Shown in pieces: positions 28,048-37,633 of a stretch of 37,633 nt of DNA. The stretch lies in contig CALKEP010000075.1 of the NCBI GenBank assembly GCA_938084645.1, positions 1 through 37,633 on the forward strand, written 5' to 3'. Within the stretch, counting starts at the first letter, position 1; each line of letters starts with the position of its first letter. The position numbers were made by a program, and so were the translations under genes. The notes under the pieces are model-generated. The model saw nothing but the letters and a program-made list of their open reading frames with translations, was not told the origin of the DNA and searched no databases. Source of the DNA: an uncultured Phycisphaerales bacterium (lineage in GTDB: Bacteria > Planctomycetota > Phycisphaerae > Phycisphaerales > SM1A02).

Positions 28048-28243
28048 GGTCGGATTTCTCGTGAACAGAGTCGGTCTTGCTGATAACTTCAGGGGAAGAA
28101 ATGCGCTACGGACGCAGTCTCCCGCCACGTCGAATCTTCGCACGGCCCGGGAATCTTGAGGCGCTTCGACTTGGCGGATGATCGGATCCGCTGGGATCAG
28201 GTCTTGCCGGCAACGAGACCGACCATTGGGGAGAAGAGGTCAC

Positions 28244-30091
28244 GTGACAACGAATTCAGATGTTTCCGAAGTCCGAATCACCGAGATCCTTCGTGACCTT
28301 TGGCAAGAAGTTCTCGGCGCCAGTTCGATCGATGAACCCGACTTCATTCGGGCTGGGGGCTCGAGTCTCGTCCTCATGGAGATCCAGTTCGCCTTGAAGA
28401 AACAGACGGGCGTGCTGATCGACCTCGATTCAATCCCGTTCCCGTTGACGTTCGACGGGATCGCTGCTCGGGCGATGGCCGGCTCCTCGATCGTGAAGTC
28501 GGAGTCGACGCGTCCCGAGATCGATACCTTTCCCGCGACGGTGGACGTGAGGTATGCGCCGCATGAAGGCCATTCGCGTTTGATCGGACCGAGTGCGAGC
28601 GTGCCGGCAACACTTCCTTCGATGGTTCGTGCGGCCGCGACCCGGACCCCGGAGGCGATCGCCGTCCGGGACGGGGAGGAGGCCATCACCTACGCGGAAC
28701 TCGTGGCCTCAGCGGATCAACTTGCGCGGGAGATTCGACGGATCGACCCCACCGCCGAGGGAAGAATCGCGATCATCCGGATTGATCCGGGCATTGATTA
28801 CTGCATCGCGGTGTTGGCGGCGATCACGGCGCGTTCCTTCGCTGCGCCGATTCACCCCGAGCTTCCCGCGCTCCGGGTGAACAAGATCATCGCGGAGGCC
28901 CAGCCGATCGTCACGCTCGGCGGGCCAGAGGATGCCGGAGCCTCCGTCCTCCCCGTTCGGCGACTGAGTGGAGACCGCATCGCCACAGATGGTTCGGAAA
29001 CCCCGGCTACGTCCGTGGACGATCCTTGCTACGCCCTGTTCACTTCGGGCTCGACGGGCGTCCCGAAGGGTGTCCTGATGCATCAGCTGCCGGTTGCGAA
29101 TCTCGCTCGGTTCGAGTCGATGCGGGTCGAAGAATCCACAAGCGCTCGTACTGCGCAGATGGCGCCGCTTGGCTTCGACGTCGCTTTTCAGGAGATGTTC
29201 GGGACCTGGGCGGCGGGAGGTGAACTTCTCGTCGTTCCACTGGGTGTCCGAAAGGATCCGGCGAAACTCGTGTGTTTCCTGCAAGAGCACCGGGTCACGA
29301 GATTCTATTGCGTGCCGCTGTTGCTTCGAATGATCGCTCGCGCCTCCAACCTGCTGGAGACGCCACTCCTCGATCTTCAGGAAATCGTGACATCCGGTGA
29401 GAGACTTCGAATAGACGAGACCATCCGAGCCTTTGGAAGGGCGTGTCCTCAACTCCGAATCGTCAATCAGTTGGGAGCCGCCGAGACGATTCAGACCACG
29501 AGCATCGATCTCGGGTCCGAGACGAATGGCTGGCCGGAATATCCCGAGTTGGGACCACCCATTCCCGGTGTGCAACTTCGTGTGACGTCCTCCTCGGGTG
29601 AGACGCTGCCACGGGGAGAGGAGGGGGAGATCGAGATCGGCGGATTTGGACCGGCACTCGGTTACCTCGGGGATCGTGAGACGGATCGTTTCATACAGGA
29701 CGAGTCCGGGCGTTGGTACCGAACAGGCGATCGAGGCGAAATCGATATCGACGGCAGGTTGGTCTACCGAGGTCGCCGAGATCACCAGGTCAAGGTCCGG
29801 GGTTTCCGGATCGAGTTGGGCGATGTCGAGCGAACCATGGCCGGGATCGATTTCATCGAGGACGTGGTCGTCGTCGCGGTGGATGGCGGTAGTGGAGGGC
29901 TTGAACTTCAGGCGATGTTGACGACGAACGCCGACCAAGACGAGATCACGATCTCCGAGGCGCTGGCCGACTCGCTTCCGCCCTGGATGATCCCGCAGCG
30001 AATCAGGATCGTGCAGGAACTTCCCTCGACATCGAGCGGCAAGATCGATCGTGTCACGGTCGCCCGCACGCTGGCCGCGTCTTCTCGCTGA
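28244..30091 (+). CDS. Stand-alone NRPS protein, T-A architecture
   Basis: Carrier motif DFIRAGGSSL, then adenylation motifs YALFTSGSTGVPKG, FDVA, YRTGD, GRRDHQVKVRGFRIELGDVE, SSGKIDR. GTG 28244 follows GAGG. Confidence 0.87.
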   Translation: MTTNSDVSEVRITEILRDLWQEVLGASSIDEPDFIRAGGSSLVLMEIQFALKKQTGVLIDLDSIPFPLTFDGIAARAMAGSSIVKSESTRPEIDTFPATVDVRYAPHEGHSRLIGPSASVPATLPSMVRAAATRTPEAIAVRDGEEAITYAELVASADQLAREIRRIDPTAEGRIAIIRIDPGIDYCIAVLAAITARSFAAPIHPELPALRVNKIIAEAQPIVTLGGPEDAGASVLPVRRLSGDRIATDGSETPATSVDDPCYALFTSGSTGVPKGVLMHQLPVANLARFESMRVEESTSARTAQMAPLGFDVAFQEMFGTWAAGGELLVVPLGVRKDPAKLVCFLQEHRVTRFYCVPLLLRMIARASNLLETPLLDLQEIVTSGERLRIDETIRAFGRACPQLRIVNQLGAAETIQTTSIDLGSETNGWPEYPELGPPIPGVQLRVTSSSGETLPRGEEGEIEIGGFGPALGYLGDRETDRFIQDESGRWYRTGDRGEIDIDGRLVYRGRRDHQVKVRGFRIELGDVERTMAGIDFIEDVVVVAVDGGSGGLELQAMLTTNADQDEITISEALADSLPPWMIPQRIRIVQELPSTSSGKIDRVTVARTLAASSR

Positions 30092-30260
30092 GCCATTGCG
30101 GTGCCGTCGCGTTATCAGACCTTCGCCCGGGGGGCGGTGCGAGGCCGTAATCTCCACGATTGCGTCGCTTCGTTTCGCGTCAGAGGACAAAACAGCCGAA
30201 ATGCTGTCAGCAGCGTGGGTTCTTCGATGATCCGCTTGGGAGTCAATCGCTCAGTAACGG

Positions 30261-33200
30261 GTGACTGAATCACCGCGGGCGCGATCACCCTTCGGTGCTC
30301 GAGGGAACCGTTACGTGCAGCGATTTGAGGATGAAGCGCGATTTTCAGAAAGTTCCGCCCACTCTTCCACCCCGGATGAGCTGGCGGCCATTCTCTCGAA
30401 GGAGTGGTTCGAGATTCTGGGCGCCTCTCCCGAGGATCATCAGGACTTCAGTCACGCCGGTGGAACCAGTGTCGATCTTCTCGAACTTCAAATGAGACTG
30501 CTTCGAGACAGGTCGCTCCTGCTCGATCTCAGCCGACTCCCGGATCCGCTGACTTTCGACGCCTTGCTCGGATCCGTGGAGAGGGTGGTAGGCAGCCAAG
30601 AAGGACCGACTGGTTCTGCCAATTCGCCTGATCAAGCGGTCGACCTTGTCGAGGGACCTGCGAATGGCGCTCAGATCGAGCAGTGGATCGCGGAGAAGAT
30701 CCAGCCAGGTGCCTGCGAATATCTCGTCCCCGTGAGAGTCGAAGTCCCCGAGGGAACGACCTGGGAGGCTCTGGAGTCAGCGCTTGTCACCGTCACCAAT
30801 GCTCATCCTTCCCTCCGAACGTCGATTCACAACATCGATGGAGGTGAATCCGAATTCGTCCAACGCATTCACCCGCCGGTGCGTTCTTTCGGACTGATCT
30901 CCCGTCCCACGGTCGGCATCGTCGATGATCTCCCCGGATTTCTTCGCAGCGGCTCGGTCGTGATGCCCACCGTCGAGAGCGAACGAAAGTGCCAGGCGAT
31001 CGGTCTCGTCGGGAACGGTCGGATCGAGGGCATGCTTCTCGTCTTCCACCATGTGGCGGTTGACGATCATTCCCTCGGAATCATCGTTGGTGATCTGACA
31101 AGTGTCCTGAACGGCGAGCCTTGCGGCGAGGAAGACGAGTCAGTGCTCGAGTGGTCCTCGACGACGAAGATCAAGAACGAGGAGTCCGAGGCCTGGTGGC
31201 GACTGCGTTTGGAATCGGTTCCGGCCGGACTCGATCTCAAGCCCCTGTTAACCGAGCGTGCCGTGCCATCGGCATCCGAAGAGATCTCCCACCGGATCGC
31301 TCCTGAGGTCGTCAATGCGATCGACGAGCGGCTTCGCAAACATGGCGTGATGCGCAGCGCAGCGGCGATTGGAATTCTGCGCGACACGCTCTATGAACTC
31401 GAGTTGGCGGGTGCGGATTCGGTCGCGATCGGCACGCCGATGTCCCTTCGCGATCATCCAGGGGTCCTCGGAACGACCGGGATGTTCCTGAACACGGTTC
31501 CGGTGGTCGTGGGCCGAGCCTCGCCCCTCACCGAGGTCGCCCGCGATCTCTGGGAGACGAAATCCCGCCGCCACCTGCCTTACCTCGACATCGTGGAGGC
31601 GATTTCTCCGCTCAGGATTCCGGGACGCTCTCCATGGTTGGATGCCTGCATCGGGATCATGGAGTCGAGGGACTCCACCTCGTTGCCTTGGGAACTTCTC
31701 TCGCCAGGAGAAACGCCTTTTCCGATTCTTGTGATGACGAGGTGGACGCCCGAGGGGCTCACCGTCTGTTGCCAGGTTCAGCGTTGCTTTGGAGGGGAGC
31801 GTCTCGCGGGCCCGATTCTCGAAGCATTCATCCGCAGACTGAAGCGGCTTGCCGACGACGAATCGTGGGAACACAGGCCAGAGTCCATCCTTGCCGGAAT
31901 GTCGCGACCATCCTCGAATCGAACGGTTCTCGACATCGTCTCGGACAGGATCAAGGAATCGCCATCGGCGGATGCGATCGTGGATGATCGAAGAACCTCG
32001 GTTCTTGATTATCGTGGTCTCGAACTGCTCTCGAATCGAATTGCCCACGGCATCCTGAGGTCCGGTGGCATGCCGGGGGGAACCGTGACGCTGCTCTTCG
32101 ACCACGGTTCGGAGCTTCCGGTGGCCACCCTTGGGGCCATGAAGGCAGGATGCGTCGCGACTCCGGTTCCCGCGGACACCCCGCCGTCGCGATTGAATCG
32201 ATTGCTCGGCCTTGCAGGAAGTCGAATGCTCGTGACCACGAAGGAGGTTCTCGAGGTCACCGATCTGGCGGTGTTTGACGGTGAGATCCTGCTCTACGAA
32301 GACATGGTGGAATGCGACGTGACCGAAGTGCGGTGCCCCATCGTGCGTGAAGAGGATCCCGCCTACCTTCTGTTCACGAGCGGATCCACCGGAATTCCGA
32401 AGCCGGTCTTGATGCCTCATCGAGCGCTTGCGAATCTCGTGGTCTACGAGGTGAACCGATCACCGTCGATCGGCTCCGGGCGATGCGTGCAGTTTCAGGC
32501 GGTCGGATTCGACTCGTCGTTGCTCGAGATCTTCGCGAGTTGGGGGCGGAATGAAGCCTTGTACCCGGTCCCGGGACACCTCCGAAACGACCCGATTGAA
32601 CTCATCGATTTTCTCGAGCGGAACCAAATCAGCCGGATTCATCTTCCGCCGTTGATGGCTCGGGCTATGGCCGGTTCGGCCCGGCCGATTCCGACCTCCG
32701 TGCAGGAGATCATCTGCACTGGTGAGGCGCTGAGAATTGACGAGTCACTTCGGTCGGCGGGGAGGAGGAGTCCGTTCAATCTGGTAAATCAGTACGGTCC
32801 GACCGAAACGCATGTGGTGACAAGCCTTGATCTGGGTTCAGATCCCATCGCGTGGCCCGAGATCCCCGACATCGGCGAGCCGATCGATGGCGTCGTTGTG
32901 CGGATCGAGGACGCGGAGGGGCATTTGGTCGAACAGGGGCTTGCCGGGGAGATCGTGATCGAAGGGGTCATGGTCGGACTCGGGTATCTGGGTGAGAAGA
33001 CGGGTGGCTTCGAAGAGCGTGATGGGGTCGATCGATACCGTACGGGAGATGTGGGTCGCATCCTTTCCAACGGTCGAATCGAGTTCCTGGGTCGCCGCGA
33101 CGGACAGGTGAAGATCTCGGGATTCCGAGTCGAGCCAGCCGAAGTCGAGGCGGCGATTTCCGAGATGCCGGGCGTCATCGATACCGCGGTCGTTGCGGTC

Positions 33201-36200
33201 ATCGATTCCGGCGATGCAAGATTGTGCGCCTTTGTCGAGGGCTCGAATCTCGAATCGGTCGCTGCGATGAAGGAGCGTCTTGAACGAGTACTTCCTCGCT
33301 GGTTGGTCCCCTCGGACGTCGTGACGCTGGACGAGCTGCCGAAGACCGCCTCTGGAAAGATCGATCGAAAGGCGTTGCAGGAGGCTGCGCTGGCTTCCGA
33401 ACGAGCGATCGCAGCGGGGGACGATTCGGCCGACGATCCGGTCATTGCGACGTTGTGCCAGTTTCTTCCAGAGTTCAGGCCGCAGCAGTGGTCTTCTGAT
33501 CGCCCGCTCCTGGATTCCGGAATCGACAGTCTCGCCGCGATCAGATTGCAATCGACTCTGGAACGTGCCCACGGTGTTTCGATGTCGGTTCGATCCATTC
33601 TGGAAGCGCACCCATCGTCGATTCTTGATGCGATAACGAGAACAGCGTCCGAACCACGGTCCATCGTGACCGCACCCTTGAAGGCGGCCGGGTCTGAGAA
33701 TGCCGAAGTCGGGGACTGGATTCCCTTGGATCCGCTCACTCGGGATGTGCTGGCAACGGATGCGATATCTCCCAGTGGCGTGTTCCACGTGGCGTGGCAA
33801 GTCGACGTTCCGCGTCCATTGGACGCGGAGGAACTTAAGCAACGCCTGGTATGGCTGAGAGCCAGATATCCGAGTCTCCGATCCCGCTGGTCCGCCAGCA
33901 ACGGGACCCGTGTGATTCCGGTCGATGATTGCGGCGAGTTCGATCTGACCTTGTTCTCCAGACGTCCGAGCAGGGAGGAGCAGGATCAGTTCCTGCATCA
34001 CCAGATGACGCTTGAGCTCACCGATCCGATTCGAGTCGCCGCTTGGCCCTCGTCGGATGGAGGGCACGAGCTCGTGTTTGTGATCCACCACGTGGCCGCC
34101 GATGGCGTGCTCGCGGGTGAGATGTTCGAAGACTTCCTGAAGCCATCGGCCGAGCATTCCAGCCCGAGTGAGGATTCAACCTTCGACTCGACTGCCAGTT
34201 CTAGAGAACTTGCGGATCTGGATTGGTGGGTTTCAAGATTGGAAGACAGGCTTGGTGAGGATGGTCTTCCGGTGTCGGAGCGCAGGTCGGGCGCGGATGC
34301 GGAACAGTTCTTCTCATCGGAAGATGATGTGCGACTCAAGGAGATGTTGAAGAGTTCTGCCGGCGACCTGCCGTACGGGCGCGTGGCGTGCGGTCTGGCC
34401 GGGTGGGCTCTCGTGCTCGGGCACCGTCTCGAGCGTGACCGAGTGGTGATCGGCGTTCCCTTCGCGATGGATTCGAAGCAAGGGCTTTCCGCAAACATGC
34501 TTCCGATCGTCGCGGACATGCGCGATCAGAGCGTCGGTGATCTGCTGGCTTCCATCAGCGGCCAGATCGGTGATGCGATCGAGCACCGCCACGCCTCGTT
34601 GGGAACGATCGTCGCCGGCATGTCCGGTGACAAGAACCACGTCCGGCCACCAGTCGACGGGGTGCTCACGGTCGATGACCTCGTTCGTCATCGCGACGAC
34701 GGCGTCACGGTCCGATGGCAGGCCACTCGTTATTCCTCGTTTCAGGCATCGGCCGTCATCCCGCAGTCCGGCTCGATCTTCGGCATCGAGGCAGAGCGAA
34801 GTTTTCTCGACGGAGAATCGCCAGAGTCGATGCTGCGGCGGTGGATGTACGTCGTCGGAGAGATCGTGGCTCACGCGAGTTCTTCGGGCTCCGACGTTCG
34901 GGCGGATTCCATTCCCGTGCTCTCGCCTTCCATGATCGCCGAATTGAAGGCCTTTGGAGAGCCGGAGAAAGTTCACAATTCCAGTCAATCGACTTTGCAG
35001 CGTTTCGACCGCATCGTCGCCGACCACCGCGACGATGTCGCAGTACTCGATGCTTCCGATTCGATCACCTACGGAGAGCTTGATGCATGGTCACGCGGGA
35101 TCGCCGGCGAGTTGATGGATCGGGGCGTCAAGGTCGGAGATCCGGTCGCGGTCGCCGCGGTTCGCGGCGTTGCGACGACCGCCGCTCTGCTCGGGGTGCT
35201 TCGTGCGGGGGCATGGTACGTCCCCATCGAAGAGAACATTCCTGATGTCCGAAAAGTGAAGCAGATCGAGGCATCGGGCTGCAAGGTCGGCCTGCAGCCG
35301 TCGGCCATGGAATGTCTTCCTCCCCGACTCTCCCGCCTCATTGATCCGGAAGAGTGCCGAGGTCAGATTTCGAGGAATGACGACTTTCCCGGCGATGATG
35401 GACGACGCGTCGACGGTGACTCGCCCATGTACGGGATGTTCACGTCCGGAACCACGGGAGAGCCGCGATGCGTGATCGTTCCTCATCGCGCAGTGAATCG
35501 TCTCGTGGACGATCCCTTCTTCGTATCGCTGGGCGGATCGTCAAGAATGCTCAATGCCGCATCGCTGGCCTTCGATGCATCGACGATCGAGATCTGGGGG
35601 CCGCTGTTGAACGGGGGCTCGATTGCGGTCTGGACGGGGCATTCGGCGGACTTGGTTGGGATCCGTGGTCTTGTTCAGAGGACCGAGGTCACGACTTGTT
35701 GGCTCACGGCAGCGATCTTCAATGCCGCCGTCGACACCCTCCCTGATTTCTTCCAGTCGATGTCCACGGTCATGACCGGCGGGGATGTGGTTTCGATCAC
35801 CCATGTCAGAAGGCTCATGGACCGGCAGCCGGGATTGAGAGTCGTCAACGGATATGGCCCGACCGAGAACACCGTGTTCACGACCTGCGCGTTGGTCCCT
35901 CCAGGCAGTGTTCCCGCCGGGGACGTTCTCCCCGTGGGTCGTCCGATTCGAGGTAGTCGGGTGCGAATCGTCGATGGCCGAGGCCGACTGGTGCCGAAGG
36001 GTCGATTCGGAGAACTGGTAGTGGAGGGTGAGGGGCTCGCGCTCGGTTATCTCAGCGCCAACGGCAGGCCGGAGGCGACTGGTGGATTTCGCCCAGACGC
36101 GGACGGATCCGCCAAGGAGTACCACACCGGTGACTACGCGCGATGGATGCCTTCCGGCCAGATCGAATTCGGGGGTCGAAGAGATCATCAAGTGAAGATC

Positions 36201-37490
36201 GCGGGCCATCGAATCGAATTGACTGCCATCGATTTCGCCTTGCGATCCTCGCCGACAATCCAGGATGCCTGCACGTGCCTTCTGAAGCGAGATGGCCGTA
36301 CGCTGCTCGGTGCGGTGGTCATCATGGACCAGGGCAAGATCTTCGATGAGGACGCGCTACGGCGATCTCTTGAGTCCTCCCTCTTCTCGTGGGAGATTCC
36401 CACGAGAATCCTGAGCCTGAACGAGATACCGATCACCGCCAACGGCAAGCCGGATCGGGTGAAGATCTCGAGTCTGTTCGAGGTCTCGGAGACGGCGAAT
36501 CCGCCGGCGACGACGCGCTCGCCTGAGGACCTCGTCGGCGTCGTCCATCGAACCGTCCAGAAACTGGTCGGAACACGGCGGATCGCGCCGGACCGGCAGT
36601 TGCGGCAGCAGGGTCTTGATTCCCTCGACATGCTCCGACTGGCGATCGATTTGGAGCAAGAGCTCGCTCGCCCCGTGCCGCTCTCAAGAATCCTCGTGGA
36701 CTCGAGTGTGGAATCGATCGCCAGGTGCATCGCCGACGACATTCATCGTGAGTCAGATCCGGTCGTCACGCTTCATCAGGGTGCCTCCCACTGCCGTACC
36801 GGAGTCTTCTGCATTCCCGGGGTCGGTGGCACGGTGTTCAGCTTCGAACGACTGATGGAGGGGCTCCCCTCATGGTGTCCTTTGTACGGATTTCCGTATC
36901 CCGGGATCTCCGGTGAGCGCAAGCCGATGTCCCGAGTGGAAGATCTTGCCGACACGCTGGTCGATGCGAGCATCTCCAGGTTGCCGAAGAATCCGATACT
37001 GGTCGGTTACTCCTTCGGTGGCTTCGTCGCCTTTGAATTCGCGAGGCGGCTCCTGGAACGAGACTACAGACCGATGGTGGTCGTGATCGACGCGGCGCCA
37101 GTAAGCCTCGAGTTGTACCGCGGCGGGTCCGGGACGATTCGAAATTGGAAGCTGAAGCTTGCGAACGTGCTGCCGGATTCGCTGGCGAACCGGGTCGGTC
37201 TCAAGAAGTCATTCGCGGTCAAGCACCTTCGTTCCGTGGTGGCGGCGAGCTTCGAGGCCATTCGGCATTACTCTCCGATGCCGCTCGACGTACCCGTGAC
37301 TCTCCTTCGAACGAAGCAGACCGATTTCTCGCCGTTCCAGGAAATCGAGGATCTCGGCTGGCGGAAACTCACACCTCATGTGACCATCGACTACTTGCCG
37401 GGTCGTCACCTCGACGTCTTTCGTGGCGCGTCGATGGAGCTCGCGCAGAAGATTCGCGTGATCGCGAGCGATGGTAGAAACGAATCCTGA
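30261..37490 (+). CDS. Non-ribosomal peptide synthetase, T-C-A-T-C-A-T-TE
   Basis: T DFSHAGGTSV; C HHVAVDD; A FTSGSTGIPK/YGPTE; T GIDSL; C HHVAADG; A FTSGTTGEPR/YGPTEN; T GLDSL; TE GYSFGG...PGRH. Alternative start GTG 30315 has a better RBS (GAGGGA). Confidence 0.93.
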   Translation: MTESPRARSPFGARGNRYVQRFEDEARFSESSAHSSTPDELAAILSKEWFEILGASPEDHQDFSHAGGTSVDLLELQMRLLRDRSLLLDLSRLPDPLTFDALLGSVERVVGSQEGPTGSANSPDQAVDLVEGPANGAQIEQWIAEKIQPGACEYLVPVRVEVPEGTTWEALESALVTVTNAHPSLRTSIHNIDGGESEFVQRIHPPVRSFGLISRPTVGIVDDLPGFLRSGSVVMPTVESERKCQAIGLVGNGRIEGMLLVFHHVAVDDHSLGIIVGDLTSVLNGEPCGEEDESVLEWSSTTKIKNEESEAWWRLRLESVPAGLDLKPLLTERAVPSASEEISHRIAPEVVNAIDERLRKHGVMRSAAAIGILRDTLYELELAGADSVAIGTPMSLRDHPGVLGTTGMFLNTVPVVVGRASPLTEVARDLWETKSRRHLPYLDIVEAISPLRIPGRSPWLDACIGIMESRDSTSLPWELLSPGETPFPILVMTRWTPEGLTVCCQVQRCFGGERLAGPILEAFIRRLKRLADDESWEHRPESILAGMSRPSSNRTVLDIVSDRIKESPSADAIVDDRRTSVLDYRGLELLSNRIAHGILRSGGMPGGTVTLLFDHGSELPVATLGAMKAGCVATPVPADTPPSRLNRLLGLAGSRMLVTTKEVLEVTDLAVFDGEILLYEDMVECDVTEVRCPIVREEDPAYLLFTSGSTGIPKPVLMPHRALANLVVYEVNRSPSIGSGRCVQFQAVGFDSSLLEIFASWGRNEALYPVPGHLRNDPIELIDFLERNQISRIHLPPLMARAMAGSARPIPTSVQEIICTGEALRIDESLRSAGRRSPFNLVNQYGPTETHVVTSLDLGSDPIAWPEIPDIGEPIDGVVVRIEDAEGHLVEQGLAGEIVIEGVMVGLGYLGEKTGGFEERDGVDRYRTGDVGRILSNGRIEFLGRRDGQVKISGFRVEPAEVEAAISEMPGVIDTAVVAVIDSGDARLCAFVEGSNLESVAAMKERLERVLPRWLVPSDVVTLDELPKTASGKIDRKALQEAALASERAIAAGDDSADDPVIATLCQFLPEFRPQQWSSDRPLLDSGIDSLAAIRLQSTLERAHGVSMSVRSILEAHPSSILDAITRTASEPRSIVTAPLKAAGSENAEVGDWIPLDPLTRDVLATDAISPSGVFHVAWQVDVPRPLDAEELKQRLVWLRARYPSLRSRWSASNGTRVIPVDDCGEFDLTLFSRRPSREEQDQFLHHQMTLELTDPIRVAAWPSSDGGHELVFVIHHVAADGVLAGEMFEDFLKPSAEHSSPSEDSTFDSTASSRELADLDWWVSRLEDRLGEDGLPVSERRSGADAEQFFSSEDDVRLKEMLKSSAGDLPYGRVACGLAGWALVLGHRLERDRVVIGVPFAMDSKQGLSANMLPIVADMRDQSVGDLLASISGQIGDAIEHRHASLGTIVAGMSGDKNHVRPPVDGVLTVDDLVRHRDDGVTVRWQATRYSSFQASAVIPQSGSIFGIEAERSFLDGESPESMLRRWMYVVGEIVAHASSSGSDVRADSIPVLSPSMIAELKAFGEPEKVHNSSQSTLQRFDRIVADHRDDVAVLDASDSITYGELDAWSRGIAGELMDRGVKVGDPVAVAAVRGVATTAALLGVLRAGAWYVPIEENIPDVRKVKQIEASGCKVGLQPSAMECLPPRLSRLIDPEECRGQISRNDDFPGDDGRRVDGDSPMYGMFTSGTTGEPRCVIVPHRAVNRLVDDPFFVSLGGSSRMLNAASLAFDASTIEIWGPLLNGGSIAVWTGHSADLVGIRGLVQRTEVTTCWLTAAIFNAAVDTLPDFFQSMSTVMTGGDVVSITHVRRLMDRQPGLRVVNGYGPTENTVFTTCALVPPGSVPAGDVLPVGRPIRGSRVRIVDGRGRLVPKGRFGELVVEGEGLALGYLSANGRPEATGGFRPDADGSAKEYHTGDYARWMPSGQIEFGGRRDHQVKIAGHRIELTAIDFALRSSPTIQDACTCLLKRDGRTLLGAVVIMDQGKIFDEDALRRSLESSLFSWEIPTRILSLNEIPITANGKPDRVKISSLFEVSETANPPATTRSPEDLVGVVHRTVQKLVGTRRIAPDRQLRQQGLDSLDMLRLAIDLEQELARPVPLSRILVDSSVESIARCIADDIHRESDPVVTLHQGASHCRTGVFCIPGVGGTVFSFERLMEGLPSWCPLYGFPYPGISGERKPMSRVEDLADTLVDASISRLPKNPILVGYSFGGFVAFEFARRLLERDYRPMVVVIDAAPVSLELYRGGSGTIRNWKLKLANVLPDSLANRVGLKKSFAVKHLRSVVAASFEAIRHYSPMPLDVPVTLLRTKQTDFSPFQEIEDLGWRKLTPHVTIDYLPGRHLDVFRGASMELAQKIRVIASDGRNES

Positions 37491-37523
37491 GCGTTGATCA
37501 CGGTGCGGTACCCCGGCGACGGA

Positions 37524-37633
37524 TCATCCGATCCCATCGGGAATCACGTACGGCCCCGGCTTGGTGACCCGTGTTCCGCAGTTCCCGCACTGGTTTCGGG
37601 AATCGTCGGCCCAGAACGCCTCCATCGCGTCGC
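37524..37633 (-). CDS. Possible 3' end of a convergent gene entering from the right edge
   Basis: Minus frame reads DAMEAFWADDSRNQCGNCGTRVTKPGPYVIPDGIG-stop with GC-rich third positions and a CxxC; too short to identify. Confidence 0.35.
   Translation of the reverse strand, partial: DAMEAFWADDSRNQCGNCGTRVTKPGPYVIPDGIG

Noticed and set aside
18004..37490. Kynurenine genes supplying 3-hydroxyanthranilate as NRPS starter (actinomycin-like logic)
   Set aside because: ACMSD, ALDH and the deaminase indicate catabolism. All three A domains keep the amino-acid-binding Asp (FD motif), unlike aryl-acid ligases, and unrelated genes intervene.
900..37633. Very frequent TCGA/GATC/CGATCG words as HIP1-like repeats
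   Set aside because: They are spread evenly through coding DNA and explained by ATC/GTC/CTC-GAN codon pairs; a genome signature rather than a local element. Enrichment was not computed.

Overview
High-GC bacterial DNA, tentatively Planctomycetota-like (inference only), in four blocks. (1) 1-13334: a RiPP cluster. A tandem array of nitrile-hydratase-like-leader (NHLP) precursors, running in from the left edge, has near-identical leaders and unrelated Cys/Ser/Thr-containing cores. It is followed by a chain of genes all joined by ATGA overlaps: truncated precursor copy, HlyD-type adaptor, C39-peptidase ABC transporter, second ABC subunit, TolC-like lipoprotein, an unassigned HExxH protein and a class II lanthipeptide synthetase (LanM) with the ProcM-type CCG zinc motif. 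(2) 13337-23906: MobA and a MOSC protein, then a eukaryote-like kynurenine catabolic cluster (SDR, ALDH, RidA, KynB, KMO, KynU, ACMSD) and an HATPase-like/GNAT fusion. (3) 24044-28047: two tandem DUF5916-like outer-membrane proteins, the second diverged. (4) 28244-37490: an orphan NRPS pair, T-A plus T-C-A-T-C-A-T-TE; the small gene looks like a C-domain-deleted paralogue of the first module of the large one. The best candidate for an undescribed system is the combinatorial NHLP-lanthipeptide locus with its HExxH enzyme and asymmetric transporter. All calls are from motif recognition by eye; no searches were run.
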